From Minisyncoccota bacterium (GTDB lineage: Bacteria; Patescibacteriota; Minisyncoccia; Phycocordibacterales; UBA6065): a stretch of DNA of 64,000 nt. A program made the translations under genes and the position numbers. The first letter of the stretch is position 1; the number at the start of each line of letters is the position of its first letter. The stretch lies in NCBI GenBank assembly GCA_035438745.1, contig DAORIX010000001.1:3075-67074 (forward strand), in the 5' to 3' direction. Below the pieces are notes generated by a model. It saw only the letters and a program-made list of their open reading frames with translations, did not search any database and had not been told where the DNA came from. Of the stretch, positions 29,254-38,668 are shown piece after piece.

Positions 29254-31455
29254 CTAAGGATTTCTGCCCGCCTCAATTTCTTTTATGTAATACTCACCTT
29301 GCTCTTTGAATGTAGGATCTTTCGCAATAACTTCTCTGATGGTAGCAACCGCACTTCTACGATCACCAGAAGCGAGAAATGTTGCTGCATACTGAAGTCT
29401 GTATTGATTGTTTGATGGGTCTGTATCTAGTCGCTTCTTCCACAAAGCAAGCGCTCGTGACCACTGTTTTGTATCAGTATACGCCCTGATGAGACGATCG
29501 TCCGTAACGAGTGTAGTGCCGTACTTTGACTCAAGCGTTTCTTCTGCTTTTTGCACGTCACCAGAATAAATTGTAGCAATAACATAGTACATAAACGCAT
29601 CTTCATTTCGCACCTCGATCTCGTACGCACGCTTAAACACCTCGAGCGCTTTCGCATAATCTTGCTTCTGCAAATAGAGATTGCCCAACTGATAGAGAAT
29701 ACTCTGTTTGTTTGGAGAAAGTTCGGATGCGCGCAGTGTGTACTTGAGAGCATCGTCAAAAAGACCGTAGTAAGAATAAAATGTTCCTGTAAAAAGCTGA
29801 TAGCGGGCATCGTCAGGAGTATGTTCAAGTTGTTTTGCGAGTTCCGCCTTACCGAGCTCAAAGAAATCCTGCTTCACATTAATCGGAGCAGTTGATGGAT
29901 TGATTTGGCTCACCGCCTCAATAATTCTCTCTCTAATTTCTGACTGACCAAGAGACTCTCTCTTGAGTGCGTCCTTGAAATCCACCACCGCAAGAGCGCC
30001 CATTTGTCCCGCATCCGTACCTAACTTTCTCAAAGCCTCAATAAGAGACCGAGATGCCGCATACGCCTTGAAGTTAACGAGATAAAGGATGACCACGAGC
30101 ATAACAACACAGGCCGGTAAAATGATTTGCTTAAAATCATCATCTCCCACTTCGGTGTCTACGCGTGAAAGTTTGTGAGAAGTTACCGCTACACGCCCGT
30201 GTATATATGCGAGCATAGTAACAAAGATCATGTAGCTCGTGAGATTGTCGAATACAAAAAAGTTATGTATGAAGTACGCAACAAAAAGTCCAGACATCAC
30301 ACTTTTTTCTGTAAATGAAAATGTTTCCTCGGAAGACTTCCACAAACTCCACAGTGCGCTACCGAACAAAAAGAGATACGCAAGGAGACCGAAAATACCT
30401 CCTGCTATAAGCCAATCAAATACAACATTGTGAGTACGATCAAACCACTGTTCCTGAGCATACATACCCGGATTGTAGTATTTGTTAAAAACATAGCTGA
30501 AATTTTCCTGACCCCATCCTAGAATCGGGCGCTCCTTGAAACCTTGCCATGCCATATCCCACACCATAAAACGCGACTTAGTAGTTCCATCATTAAGCGA
30601 GATCGAGGCAAAGCGCGAGAGAACAGGACTTTCGCGAACAAAAGAGGTATTTTTAATGGCCAAGAAACCAAGAACCGTAGCAATACCCAAGCCTAAAATA
30701 ACTCCACAACTAATACGAAGCACTTTATTTTTTCTTTCAAAAATGAGCACGAGAAGAGTCGTCACGCCTATACCCCCAATGAGACCCAAAATCGCACCTC
30801 GAGTTGCGGTGTGATAGAGAATAAATACAAAGAAAAGAGCGAGCACGCTGTATGCATAACCCCATTTCTTTTTCATATCTGTAAAAGAACGCGCCGCAAA
30901 CATTCCTGCAATAAAAATGTTGAAAATCATGTACACCGCGAGATACGTTGCATTGCCGAACGTCGCATCAACACGCACACCTCCTTGATTGATAGTGAAT
31001 TTTCCAAGAAGTTGAGCCACGCCATACAATCCAATACAGAGAGTTGTTCCGAGATATACATTGAGTAGTCGATCCCAAAGTGTTCTTGAAAGCAAAACAC
31101 ATCCAGCCACTACGAAATATACATAGAGATGAAGTATGGTGATGAACCCTTCCATACGCTCATAGTTTGACCAGAATGCCTTGAATGCATTCGGCGCAAA
31201 AGAGTCAGCAATACCAATAATGAGCACGAAGGCAGTAAACGCCCACAAAATGAGAGATTTTTTCGGGCGATACGTGACATCTCTGAGTGCGAGCGCTAAC
31301 CACGCCACGCCAATGATCTCAACAATAATTCTAAATAAAAAATTCTTTCCGGTAATAAAAGGAAAAAACAAACTTCCTGTAACTACAAAAGGAATAAAAG
31401 GAACGGTGAATAAACCGCCCAGAATTATAAAACGCAGAATTTTCTTGAGATTCAT
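29254..31455 (-). CDS. Wzy_C (O-antigen ligase/polymerase-like) polytopic membrane domain fused to C-terminal TPR repeats (paralog 2)
   Basis: About 12 TM helices with Wzy_C-like periplasmic loop (RTHNVVFDWLIAGGIFG) then a 280 aa TPR array (AIEALRKLG..., ALEVFKRAYEIEVRNEDAF...). Confidence 0.75.
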   Translation of the reverse strand: MNLKKILRFIILGGLFTVPFIPFVVTGSLFFPFITGKNFLFRIIVEIIGVAWLALALRDVTYRPKKSLILWAFTAFVLIIGIADSFAPNAFKAFWSNYERMEGFITILHLYVYFVVAGCVLLSRTLWDRLLNVYLGTTLCIGLYGVAQLLGKFTINQGGVRVDATFGNATYLAVYMIFNIFIAGMFAARSFTDMKKKWGYAYSVLALFFVFILYHTATRGAILGLIGGIGVTTLLVLIFERKNKVLRISCGVILGLGIATVLGFLAIKNTSFVRESPVLSRFASISLNDGTTKSRFMVWDMAWQGFKERPILGWGQENFSYVFNKYYNPGMYAQEQWFDRTHNVVFDWLIAGGIFGLLAYLFLFGSALWSLWKSSEETFSFTEKSVMSGLFVAYFIHNFFVFDNLTSYMIFVTMLAYIHGRVAVTSHKLSRVDTEVGDDDFKQIILPACVVMLVVILYLVNFKAYAASRSLIEALRKLGTDAGQMGALAVVDFKDALKRESLGQSEIRERIIEAVSQINPSTAPINVKQDFFELGKAELAKQLEHTPDDARYQLFTGTFYSYYGLFDDALKYTLRASELSPNKQSILYQLGNLYLQKQDYAKALEVFKRAYEIEVRNEDAFMYYVIATIYSGDVQKAEETLESKYGTTLVTDDRLIRAYTDTKQWSRALALWKKRLDTDPSNNQYRLQYAATFLASGDRRSAVATIREVIAKDPTFKEQGEYYIKEIEAGRNP

Positions 31456-31515
31456 AAACGAATAATTAATAAAGTTTGTATACGCGTAACTATACCAAAT
31501 AAACTATATTTTGAA

Positions 31516-31545
31516 CAAAAAAAACGACACCTGTTACGGTGTCGT
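31516..31545 (-). terminator. rho-independent terminator after 31557..32327
   Basis: acgacacc-tgttac-ggtgtcgt hairpin; on the minus strand it is followed by a T8 run. Confidence 0.5.
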
Positions 31546-31556
31546 CTTGAAAGCCT

Positions 31557-32327
31557 CTACGAAGAAAGCCCTAACCTAACTGCTTCTCTTTGCATGGCTG
31601 AGACGATATCTGTGCGTTGTTTGTCACGTTTGGACCTCATCGACTCATCATCCTCAATGAGTTGTTCAACTGGATGGACGTAGTCAACGATTACGGAATC
31701 GATGGCTACACCCCCTGTCAGAAACCACAAAAGTGGTATGAACAGGATTTCCCAATTATCACCATAGTGTATCGGTTGATATGCCGCCATTATCATGGCG
31801 GCCTGCCGATTCATGATCCGCGGTCCGATATAAAAATCAATATCGAACCTTTTTGTGATATTGCCAAGCTCCCAATTGGCCCTCAGTTCAGACCAATGCT
31901 GATACTGAGGATACCCATCGAGATTCCGTCGCCGTGGTATGACCACATCGGTAGCGCCCCTCATTACTCGCGCAATGCACGGACCAAGCAAGGGGACAAG
32001 CGTGTATTTTTCCGGCTCAAGCCAGACAAGTACCTCTGCTTCTGTCGCGAGACCAGCATTGAAACATTCGCGACGCGACTGTCCCATACCCGGCTTTTCC
32101 TGATCAATAACGGTTGCTCCAGTTTCCCGGAGAGCTTGTTTGAACTCTTCGCACGGACTACCGTCAATGACGATAATCGGATAATCGTTGTCTCGAGCAG
32201 TACGACACGTTTTAAGTGCCAGCTGTGCTCGGACCTCATCCACGCTTTTGATAAACGTGGTGGTTACCAACACTATTCGATCGTTCACAATTACCTTTCT
32301 TTTGATTATTTTAAGAACTAACCTCAA
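31557..32327 (-). CDS. hypothetical protein, possibly a divergent GT-A fold (GT2-like) nucleotide-sugar transferase; GC-rich relative to neighbours
   Basis: Pattern IVLVTTTF..(30)..PIIVIDGSP..ETGATVI..GMGQSRRECFNAGL..VLVWLEPE parallels the GT2 core, with EPE where DxD is expected. The minus strand is chosen over the antisense 234 aa ORF because the terminator is downstream on the minus strand. Confidence 0.3.
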   Translation of the reverse strand: MRLVLKIIKRKVIVNDRIVLVTTTFIKSVDEVRAQLALKTCRTARDNDYPIIVIDGSPCEEFKQALRETGATVIDQEKPGMGQSRRECFNAGLATEAEVLVWLEPEKYTLVPLLGPCIARVMRGATDVVIPRRRNLDGYPQYQHWSELRANWELGNITKRFDIDFYIGPRIMNRQAAMIMAAYQPIHYGDNWEILFIPLLWFLTGGVAIDSVIVDYVHPVEQLIEDDESMRSKRDKQRTDIVSAMQREAVRLGLSS

Positions 32328-32381
32328 TATATATTATACACCAAAACAACATCAAAGTCAATACGAACACAGTGACCCTTT

Positions 32382-32411
32382 TTGACACCTTTACATAATG
32401 GGGAGTATTAT
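32382..32411 (+). promoter_or_regulatory. near-consensus sigma70-type promoter (TTGACA-N18-TATTAT) driving the HTH gene and probably the long plus-strand glycan operon
   Basis: TTGACA at 32382..32387 and TATTAT at 32406..32411. The ATG at 32422 is about 10 nt downstream of the -10 box, suggesting a leaderless or near-leaderless transcript. Confidence 0.45.
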
Positions 32412-32421
32412 AAGCATTGTC

Positions 32422-32670
32422 ATGGTAGAAGAAATAAAACCCAACGCCGTCTATACGACAGAGGAAACAAGACAAGTCCTCCGTATTAGTGACAGCACCA
32501 TTAAGAGACTCCTCAAAAAAGGACTCCTGCGTGCAAACAAAGTTGGAGGACAATACAGAATCATGGGAAAAGAAATTTTACGAGTGGTCTCCCCTGATCT
32601 CGAGAAAGAAGCCGTAAAGTCATACCTCTCTCTCAAGAAAAAAGTAATAAAAAAAATAAACAAATGGTAA
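32422..32670 (+). CDS. excisionase/MerR-like helix-turn-helix DNA-binding protein (HTH_17-type)
   Basis: [38 protein letters not shown] matches the excisionase-family HTH. Stop overlaps the gmd start. An alternative start at 32398 lies inside the promoter spacer. Confidence 0.6.
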   Translation: MVEEIKPNAVYTTEETRQVLRISDSTIKRLLKKGLLRANKVGGQYRIMGKEILRVVSPDLEKEAVKSYLSLKKKVIKKINKW

Positions 32671-33761
32671 AATCTAATCCTATGGCCAAAAAACAAAAAA
32701 CAAAAACTAAGAAAGCTCTCATTACCGGAATTACAGGCCAAGACGGTTCTTACCTTGCTGAACTTCTCCTTGAGAAAGGTTATGAAGTCTATGGACTCAT
32801 CAGACGCGCCTCAACATTCAATACCTCTAGAATAGATCACCTTTTCCAAGATCCCCACACAAAAAACAAAAAACTCATACTCTTGTATGGAGACCTCTCT
32901 GACTCGAGCAACCTCTCGCGAATTATTGAAAAAGTAAAGCCAGATGAAATCTACAACCTAGGCGCACAAAGCCATGTCCGCGTCTCTTTTGATATGCCTG
33001 AGTACACCGCTGATGTTGATGCGGTTGGCACATTGCGACTCCTTGATGCAATACGAGAAACAGGAGTAAAAACAAAATTCTACCAAGCATCATCCTCAGA
33101 AATGTATGGAAAAGTTATGGAGGTACCTCAGACAGAAACAACCCCCTTCTACCCCCGATCACCCTATGCAGTTGCAAAAGTATTTGCTTATTGGATTACA
33201 AAAAACTACCGAGAGGCGTACAACCTATTTGCAGTAAATGGAATTCTCTTTAACCACGAATCTCCTCGTCGAGGAAAAACTTTTGTAACGAAAAAAATCA
33301 CTCGCGGACTATCGCGCATCAAGCTTGGTATTGATGAAAAGATGTATCTCGGAAATCTCGACGCGAAGCGTGACTGGGGTTACACAAAAGACTATGTATA
33401 TGGAATGTGGCTCACCCTTCAACAAAAAAAACCGGATGACTACGTACTCGCCACAGGAGAAACACATTCTGTACGAGAGTTTATAGAAGAATCTGCGAAA
33501 TGCCTCGATATCGATCTCGTCTGGAAAGGAAAAGGAGTTGATGAAAAAGGAATTGATAAGAGAACAGGAAAAACAATCATAGAGATTGACCCTGCGTATT
33601 TTCGCCCAGCTGAAGTAGACCTCCTTATTGGAGATGCATCAAAAGCCAAAAAAGAACTGGGTTGGAAACCTACCGTTGATTTTAAAGGTCTCGTAAAAAT
33701 GATGTGTGAATACGACCTTGAGGAAGAAACTCAAAACAAACAAAATCTCGCACGAAAATAA
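32664..33761 (+). CDS. gmd: GDP-mannose 4,6-dehydratase
   Basis: [33 protein letters not shown]-terminus, catalytic SSSEMYG...Y..AK, GME-unrelated long loop; start 32664 or 32682. Confidence 0.9.
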   Translation: MVKSNPMAKKQKTKTKKALITGITGQDGSYLAELLLEKGYEVYGLIRRASTFNTSRIDHLFQDPHTKNKKLILLYGDLSDSSNLSRIIEKVKPDEIYNLGAQSHVRVSFDMPEYTADVDAVGTLRLLDAIRETGVKTKFYQASSSEMYGKVMEVPQTETTPFYPRSPYAVAKVFAYWITKNYREAYNLFAVNGILFNHESPRRGKTFVTKKITRGLSRIKLGIDEKMYLGNLDAKRDWGYTKDYVYGMWLTLQQKKPDDYVLATGETHSVREFIEESAKCLDIDLVWKGKGVDEKGIDKRTGKTIIEIDPAYFRPAEVDLLIGDASKAKKELGWKPTVDFKGLVKMMCEYDLEEETQNKQNLARK

Positions 33762-33762
33762 C

Positions 33763-34692
33763 ATGAATAAAAATTCAAAAATTTATATAGCCGGCCATTT
33801 AGGACTTGTAGGATCAGCTATTTTGAGAAAGCTCAATAAAGAAGGCTACACAAACCTCATTACAAAATCTCGTAAAGAGCTTGACCTTACTGATCAAAAA
33901 GCAGTGAAAGATTTTTTTGAAAAAACAAAGCCCGAATATGTATTTCTTGCCGCGGCAAAGGTGGGTGGAATTATGGCAAACAAAACCTACCCTGGAGAAT
34001 TTATTTCCGAAAATCTCGACATCCAAAATAATATAATAAAAAACTCCTACATCCACGGAGTAAAGAAACTGTTGTTTCTTGGAAGTTCGTGTATATACCC
34101 AAAACTAGCTACCCAGCCAATAAAGGAGGAGTATTTTATGACGGGTCCCCTTGAGCCAACAAATGAGGCGTATGCGATTGCAAAAATTGCAGGAATTTCA
34201 ATGTGCCAGTCATACCGAAAACAATATGGAGCTGATTTCATATCACTCATGCCGACAAATCTCTATGGACCGGGCGACAACTTCACGAACGAAAGAGGTC
34301 ATGTGATTCCGGCACTCATTAGAAAATTTCATGATGCAAAAGCCAAAAATCTTGACGAGATATCAGCATGGGGCACAGGATCAGCAAAACGAGAATTTTT
34401 ACACTCGGATGATTTAGCTGATGCGTGTGTGTTCCTCATGAAGAATTACTCCTCGGGAGATATTATAAACGTTGGTACAGGCGAAGACGTCACTATCAAA
34501 GAACTCACCGAAAAAATTAGCAAGATCGTTGGCTTTAAAGGAAAAATTGTCTGGGACACCACAAAACCAGACGGTGCTCCCCGAAGACTACTTGATGTAG
34601 AAAAACTTCACACCCTAGGTTGGAAACACCACATAGAACTCGAAAAAGGTCTTGAAGAAACCTATGAGTGGTTCAAAAAAAATGTCATCTAA
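33763..34692 (+). CDS. fcl: GDP-L-fucose synthase family (GDP-4-keto-6-deoxy-D-mannose 3,5-epimerase/4-reductase; Fcl/WcaG, or a ColC-type paralog)
   Basis: [19 protein letters not shown] Rossmann start, [18 protein letters not shown] blocks; start at MNKNSK (33763) abuts the gmd stop. Confidence 0.8.
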   Translation: MNKNSKIYIAGHLGLVGSAILRKLNKEGYTNLITKSRKELDLTDQKAVKDFFEKTKPEYVFLAAAKVGGIMANKTYPGEFISENLDIQNNIIKNSYIHGVKKLLFLGSSCIYPKLATQPIKEEYFMTGPLEPTNEAYAIAKIAGISMCQSYRKQYGADFISLMPTNLYGPGDNFTNERGHVIPALIRKFHDAKAKNLDEISAWGTGSAKREFLHSDDLADACVFLMKNYSSGDIINVGTGEDVTIKELTEKISKIVGFKGKIVWDTTKPDGAPRRLLDVEKLHTLGWKHHIELEKGLEETYEWFKKNVI

Positions 34693-34696
34693 AAAA

Positions 34697-35911
34697 ATGA
34701 AAAAAGGTAAAAAAAATACAGCAGTACCCTACAAAGTACCCCTCATGAAAAATGCTTTTATTGAGGAAAAGAGCGTCAGGGCAAAACTCTCACAATTTGT
34801 TCTCACTGCCCCACGCCTCAGTATGGATTTACAATGCGCTCAGTTTGAAAAAACGTTCGCGAAAAAACAGGGTCGAAAATACGCGATTTTATTCAACAGC
34901 GGAGGAAGCGCAAACCTCGCAATGATACAAGCGCTCAAAAACTTAGGCGCACTCAAGGACAATGACAAAGTAGGCTTCTCTGCTGTTACCTGGTCAACAA
35001 ATGTTATGCCCATCCTACAAATGGGACTTGGTGCCGTTCCTATCGACTGTGACCCCACCACACTCAACTCAATGAGCCATTGTGCCTTACCCCGACTTGA
35101 ACAAGAAAAGTGTAAAGCCTTTTTTATAACCAACGTACTAGGTTTTTCTGGTGATCTCGATGTAATCGAAAAAGAATGTGCAAAAAAAGGAATTATAGTA
35201 CTCGAGGACAACTGTGAATCACTTGGCACCGTGCTCCATACAGGAAAGACGGGTAATTTTAGTCTTGCATCAAGTTTTTCTTTTTTTGTTGCCCACCATA
35301 TGTCAACAATTGAAGGAGGCATGGTGTGTACAGACGATCACGATTTTGCAGAAATGCTCAAAATAGTTCGAGCTAATGGTTGGGATAGAAATCTCCACCC
35401 AAAGAGACAAAAACACTGGCGCAAGAAACATGAAGTAGAATCTTCTTTTCACGCAAAATACACTTTTTATGACCTCGGCTTTAACTTACGTCCTACTGAA
35501 ATAACTGGTTTTATTGGACTCAATCAACTTCCCCACCTCGATAAAACTATCAAAATTCGTGAAAAGAATTTCAAAAAAATATACGCACAAATATTAAAAA
35601 ATGATGATTTTCTAAAAATCTCACACGATCACCTCAAAACCATTTCTGCTTTTGCAATACCTTTCATATGTAAAACACCGGAGCTCAGAAAAAAATATAT
35701 CAAAATATTCAACGATGCAGGAGTTGAGATTAGACCAATGATTGCTGGAAATATGCAAAAGCAACCATTCTCGAAAAAATACACGTCAAAAACATTTGAT
35801 CTTCCTGGTGCTGATGTATTGCACGACAATGCTTTTTATTGTGGAAATTGTCCCGACTACACGCCTGCGGAGATAGAAATCATTTTAAATTGTATAATAA
35901 AAGGAAAATAA
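34697..35911 (+). CDS. DegT/DnrJ/EryC1-family PLP enzyme with His replacing the Schiff-base Lys: ColD/E1-like sugar 3-dehydratase candidate
   Basis: Fold-type I aminotransferase blocks (FEKTFA..KYAILFNSGGSANL, GDLD..IVLEDNCESLG). Where the family has SFxxxK....GEGG the sequence reads SFFVAHHMSTIEGG. Confidence 0.6.
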   Translation: MKKGKKNTAVPYKVPLMKNAFIEEKSVRAKLSQFVLTAPRLSMDLQCAQFEKTFAKKQGRKYAILFNSGGSANLAMIQALKNLGALKDNDKVGFSAVTWSTNVMPILQMGLGAVPIDCDPTTLNSMSHCALPRLEQEKCKAFFITNVLGFSGDLDVIEKECAKKGIIVLEDNCESLGTVLHTGKTGNFSLASSFSFFVAHHMSTIEGGMVCTDDHDFAEMLKIVRANGWDRNLHPKRQKHWRKKHEVESSFHAKYTFYDLGFNLRPTEITGFIGLNQLPHLDKTIKIREKNFKKIYAQILKNDDFLKISHDHLKTISAFAIPFICKTPELRKKYIKIFNDAGVEIRPMIAGNMQKQPFSKKYTSKTFDLPGADVLHDNAFYCGNCPDYTPAEIEIILNCIIKGK

Positions 35912-35912
35912 T

Positions 35913-36737
35913 ATGGAAACTCCCGTAACAATACTCCGCCCAAAAAAAACCATCACCCTAAACGACCTCAAAGAACTCTGGCGCTACCGTGAGCTTCTTT
36001 ATTTTTTTACATGGCGCGATCTCAAAGTTCGATATAAACAAACCCTTATTGGTGCACTGTGGGCTATACTTCAACCTCTCGTTACGATGGTCATCTTTAC
36101 TGTATTTTTTGGTAAGTTGGCACAAATGCCATCTGACGGAGTTCCGTATCCAATCTTTGTTTACGTCGGTCTCCTTTTCTGGCAATTTTTTTCGAGCGCT
36201 CTCTCAGAAACATCTAATGTTCTTATTTCAAACCAAGCAATCATAACCAAAGTTTACTTTCCTCGCCTCATCTTGCCGTTATCGTCAGTACTTACCAAAT
36301 TTGTTGATTTTGCAATTGCATCTCTCATCCTTATTGGAATGATGGTCTATTACGGATATACGCCCCACCTTCTAGGGATTTTCATCATTCCTCTCCTTCT
36401 CCTCATTACCTTCATGGCTGCTGTTGGTAGTGGTCTATGTTTAGCATCAGTAAACGTTAAGTACCGAGATGTTAGATATGCTCTGCCCTTTTTTATACAA
36501 ATACTCCTTTTCCTTACCCCAGTTATTTATCCCGCATCAATTGCAGGCAACTATTCATGGCTCCTGGCGCTTAATCCAATGACGGGGGTAATTCAATCTG
36601 CTCGAGCGGCTCTCCTCGGAACAACACCAATCAACTGGCTCCTTCTCGCTATTTCATCCTTGGCGTGTTTGTGTCTTCTTATTATTGGTGGTATCTATTT
36701 CAAAAAAATAGAACGCTATTTTGCAGATATTTTATAA
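35913..36737 (+). CDS. wzm: ABC-2 type polysaccharide export permease (Wzm/TagG/KpsM family)
   Basis: 274 aa, 6 TM, N-terminal RELLYFFTWRDLKVRYKQTLIGALWAILQP signature of Wzm permeases. Confidence 0.8.
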   Translation: METPVTILRPKKTITLNDLKELWRYRELLYFFTWRDLKVRYKQTLIGALWAILQPLVTMVIFTVFFGKLAQMPSDGVPYPIFVYVGLLFWQFFSSALSETSNVLISNQAIITKVYFPRLILPLSSVLTKFVDFAIASLILIGMMVYYGYTPHLLGIFIIPLLLLITFMAAVGSGLCLASVNVKYRDVRYALPFFIQILLFLTPVIYPASIAGNYSWLLALNPMTGVIQSARAALLGTTPINWLLLAISSLACLCLLIIGGIYFKKIERYFADIL

Positions 36738-36741
36738 AAAA

Positions 36742-38001
36742 ATGGAACCCATAATTGAAGTAAAAAATGTCGGTAAAAAATACAACATAAAGCACTACCA
36801 AGGTGGCTATGTTGCGTTGCGTGATGTGATCATGAATATAGTCAAAAACCCTTTTCGCTTTGCAAAAGAAAAAGCAAAAGCAGTCACAGGAATAGGAACA
36901 AAGGAAGAGTTCTGGGCGCTCAAAGAAGCAAGCTTTAACATTTTCCAAGGAGAAGTGGTTGGAATCATCGGAAGAAATGGGGCCGGAAAATCAACTCTCC
37001 TCAAAATACTGACTGGCATTACACCTCCTACAACAGGAGAAATAAAAATGCGCGGTAGAGTCGCTTCCCTTCTTGAAGTCGGTACGGGGTTCCATCCAGA
37101 ACTTACTGGCCGAGAAAACATATTCCTCAACGGTGCAATTCTCGGAATGAAAAAAAGTGAAATCGCAAAAAACTTTGACTCGATTGTTGCGTTTGCTGAA
37201 ATAGAAAAATTCCTCGATACCCCAGTAAAATACTACTCAAGTGGAATGTATGTCCGTCTCGCCTTTTCAGTAGCCGCGCACATGGAACCAGACATACTCC
37301 TCGTGGATGAAGTACTCGCTGTGGGTGATGCAGAATTCCAAAAAAAGTGCCTTGGAAAAATGGAAGAGGTTACCAAGAAACAAGGCCGTACCATACTCTT
37401 TGTGAGTCACAACATGGCAGCAATTCAAAATCTCTGTAAAAAATGCATCCTCTTAGAAAAAGGAAAAATCAAAGCGGTTGGTGACACAGAAGACATTGTA
37501 AACCTCTACCTCCACAATTCCGAGTCAGAGGCAACAGAAAAAAAATGGGAGGGAGACAAGCGTCCAGGAAATGATGTTGTACGACTAAACCATGTTCGTC
37601 TTGTTGATGAAAATAAAGAAACCACGAGCTTTGTCTACTCAAATAAAAAATTTGGATTAGAAATATCCTACGAGGTTCTCAAATCTGGTTTTGCACCTCT
37701 TCCCAATGTTCACTTTTTCACAAATAAAGGGGAATATGCATTTATTAGCCACGCTGACGTAAAAGAAGAAAATGATAAAGTAGGAAAACACACGAAAACT
37801 GTGTGGGTCCCCGGAAATCTCCTTAATGAAGGTACCTACTCAATCGGTGTTGCTCTTTCAACTATGATTCCGCTCAACATACACCTCTATGAAAGAGAGC
37901 TTATTGTGTTCCAAGTGCTTGAGGATATTCACAGTGCAAAGAAACACGACTTCAATGTGCGTATACCGGGAGTTGTCCGCCCTCGACTAGTATGGGAATA
38001 A
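36742..38001 (+). CDS. wzt: polysaccharide ABC exporter ATP-binding protein with C-terminal carbohydrate-binding (Wzt_C-like) domain
   Basis: Walker A GRNGAGKST, signature YSSGM, Walker B LLVDEVLAVGD; an extra about 170 aa beta-rich C-terminal domain as in Wzt. Confidence 0.8.
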   Translation: MEPIIEVKNVGKKYNIKHYQGGYVALRDVIMNIVKNPFRFAKEKAKAVTGIGTKEEFWALKEASFNIFQGEVVGIIGRNGAGKSTLLKILTGITPPTTGEIKMRGRVASLLEVGTGFHPELTGRENIFLNGAILGMKKSEIAKNFDSIVAFAEIEKFLDTPVKYYSSGMYVRLAFSVAAHMEPDILLVDEVLAVGDAEFQKKCLGKMEEVTKKQGRTILFVSHNMAAIQNLCKKCILLEKGKIKAVGDTEDIVNLYLHNSESEATEKKWEGDKRPGNDVVRLNHVRLVDENKETTSFVYSNKKFGLEISYEVLKSGFAPLPNVHFFTNKGEYAFISHADVKEENDKVGKHTKTVWVPGNLLNEGTYSIGVALSTMIPLNIHLYERELIVFQVLEDIHSAKKHDFNVRIPGVVRPRLVWE

Positions 38002-38010
38002 CAAAAATCA

Positions 38011-38667
38011 ATGCTCAAAAAAATATACTATTCGATAAGAAACAAGATCCTAAAATATAAAATGGGATCTTACCCTGTGTGGAATATCTACGAGGGGCAC
38101 TTTAAAACGACGTACCGTTCTATACCGATGTTAAAATGCCCTTTTGACTATGTTATGTATCAAATGATTGTGTCAAAGATACAACCAGATCTCATTATTG
38201 AAATCGGAACAAACGTGGGAGGAACAACCTTATACCTGGCTGACATCCTCAACACCCTTGGCAAAGGAGAGATCCACACAATAGATATCGATGATCGAGT
38301 TAATCCCCTAGCACGATCTCATCCACGCATAAAATGCTTTAACGGCGGATGGAAAAACTACGATCTTTCAAATACAAAAAAATTCTCAAAGATACTCGTC
38401 ATTGATGATGCGTCGCATCAATTTAAAGACACATTAGAAGCAATGGAGAAGTTTTCGAACGTCGTGTCTATTGATTCTTATTTAATCATAGAGGACGGTA
38501 TTGTTACTCAACTCAAAAGAGACAAACAACTTGATGGAGGACCTCTTCGGGCAATAGAAAAATTTCTTGAAACAAACAACAACTTCCTCGTTGATGACTC
38601 TTACTGCAATATGTTTGGTAAAAACGCAACCTTCAACACGAAAGGTTACCTAAAAAGAGTTAAATAA
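38011..38667 (+). CDS. CmcI-family (cephalosporin hydroxylase-like) SAM-dependent sugar O-methyltransferase
   Basis: LIIEIGTNVGGTTLYLADIL SAM-binding block and overall CmcI/rhamnosyl-O-MT layout. Confidence 0.7.
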   Translation: MLKKIYYSIRNKILKYKMGSYPVWNIYEGHFKTTYRSIPMLKCPFDYVMYQMIVSKIQPDLIIEIGTNVGGTTLYLADILNTLGKGEIHTIDIDDRVNPLARSHPRIKCFNGGWKNYDLSNTKKFSKILVIDDASHQFKDTLEAMEKFSNVVSIDSYLIIEDGIVTQLKRDKQLDGGPLRAIEKFLETNNNFLVDDSYCNMFGKNATFNTKGYLKRVK

Positions 38668-38668
38668 A

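Noticed and set aside
31617-32321. 234-aa plus-strand ORF antisense to 31557..32327
   Set aside because: Both frames are open in this GC-rich stretch. The minus frame is preferred because a hairpin plus T-run terminator sits immediately downstream of it and the plus frame has no promoter or terminator context. Homology evidence could reverse this
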